In this document: piece by piece, positions 38,872 to 39,384 of the stretch | Numbering within the stretch: the first letter of the stretch is position 1 | Layout: every line of letters starts with the position of its first letter | NCBI GenBank assembly: GCA_048621055.1 | Contig: JBMCXO010000002.1 | Coordinates: forward strand, 1-39,384 | Reading direction: 5' to 3' | Source: Candidatus Natronoplasma sp. | GTDB taxonomy: Archaea; Thermoplasmatota; Thermoplasmata; Halarchaeoplasmatales; Halarchaeoplasmataceae | DNA: 39,384 bases | Notes under the pieces: model-generated | The model's input: the letters and a program-made list of their open reading frames with translations, nothing else | The model's database searches: none | Told to the model about the DNA's origin: nothing | Made by a program: the position numbers and the translations under genes

Positions 38872-39384
38872 GTTGTTTCTCTCATGGTCACCTTTCTTCG
38901 TTTCGGAAGAGCTGTTTCTTTCCTTTAATCCTTTACTATTTATTCCGTTTTTACTTATATTACCATGGAGAAAGGTACGGAGACCAAATATATAATATGA
39001 TGTTACAAATAAATTCTATAAACTAGAGGTTTAAAGTAATTATAAGTCCAAATCGCCAACTCAACGGTTCATAAAACAGACATATTTTGTGATAAAAAAG
39101 TCTTTAGATCGGTGATCAAGTCCTGAGAAGAGAGTAAATATCGAATTCCCATCTATCCACTTTTTATCTAAAAAGATACATCATCGATTTTTTCGTAAAG
39201 CTTTTACTGGCCCTGAGCATATACTTTCAAATTGTCCGGTCCTTGAACTACCTTTCTAAAAAAAGATACCTTTTATCCCGTCATAATAACACTTTTTGAC
39301 GTATGAACAGAACATCGGTTCAAATAGTCCCTTTATTATAGTTGGATTGGGGCATTCGATGATTAAAAACGATATTAAGGTAGA

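Noticed and set aside
38768-39026. Two overlapping + strand ORFs (75 and 63 aa)
   Set aside because: They are F/L/S-rich translations antisense to the open minus-strand frame that is translationally abutted to the 87-aa ORF, with no RBS.
39167-39270. Near-repeat TCTAAAAAGATAC / TCTAAAAAAAGATAC about 88 nt apart
   Set aside because: This is a short A-rich match with an indel in a very AT-rich non-coding stretch. It cannot be distinguished from chance by eye.
39359-39384. ATG at 39359 opening a frame MIKNDIKV… that runs off the right edge
   Set aside because: Only 8 codons are visible, which is too little to support a gene call.

Overview
Archaeal chromosomal window, AT-biased by eye, with strongly acidic (D/E-rich) predicted proteins. 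That composition suggests a salt-adapted archaeon, possibly DPANN/Nanohaloarchaeota-like, but the lineage cannot be fixed from this window. Layout: (i) 1-1663: 5' part of a secreted protein gene (- strand, runs off the left edge), a nitroreductase, and a tRNA-Lys(UUU) interrupted by two non-canonical introns. (ii) 1710-10556: the RNA polymerase operon rpoH-rpoB(unsplit)-rpoA'-rpoA''-L30e-nusA. rpoB and rpoA'' each carry a lineage-specific insertion or extension, and the operon stops after nusA instead of continuing into S12/S7/EF-2. (iii) 10527-25127: housekeeping genes. These are two radical SAM enzymes, a Trm5/Taw2-type methyltransferase, a wHTH regulator, geranylgeranyl reductase, a P-type Ca2+-type ATPase, a TatD-like hydrolase, an M55 peptidase, Nif3, and a MATE/MarR pair with palindromic operators. 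(iv) 25225-29451: a tightly coupled four-gene module of cyclic 2,3-diphosphoglycerate (cDPG) synthetase, 2-phosphoglycerate kinase, a CBS protein and a tandem metallophosphoesterase. (v) 29462-36286: a REC-GAF-PAS4 histidine kinase divergent from a 1170-aa mosaic surface protein (M14 carboxypeptidase + GLUG repeats + B-repeats + TM + cytoplasmic zinc ribbon). (vi) 36287-39384: an AT-rich, gene-poor tail that looks like decayed accessory DNA, with a tRNA-3'-end-like fragment, an Arch_ATPase/DUF234 gene, a truncated UPF0175 antitoxin remnant and tiny membrane ORFs. No CRISPR array, rRNA, intact transposase or intact integrase was seen, and I did not recognise a clear multi-gene defence system. 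The most novel-looking items are the cDPG module with its uncharacterised partners, the zinc-ribbon insertion at the B''/B' junction of RpoB, and the HhH-like/poly-Lys extension on RpoA''.
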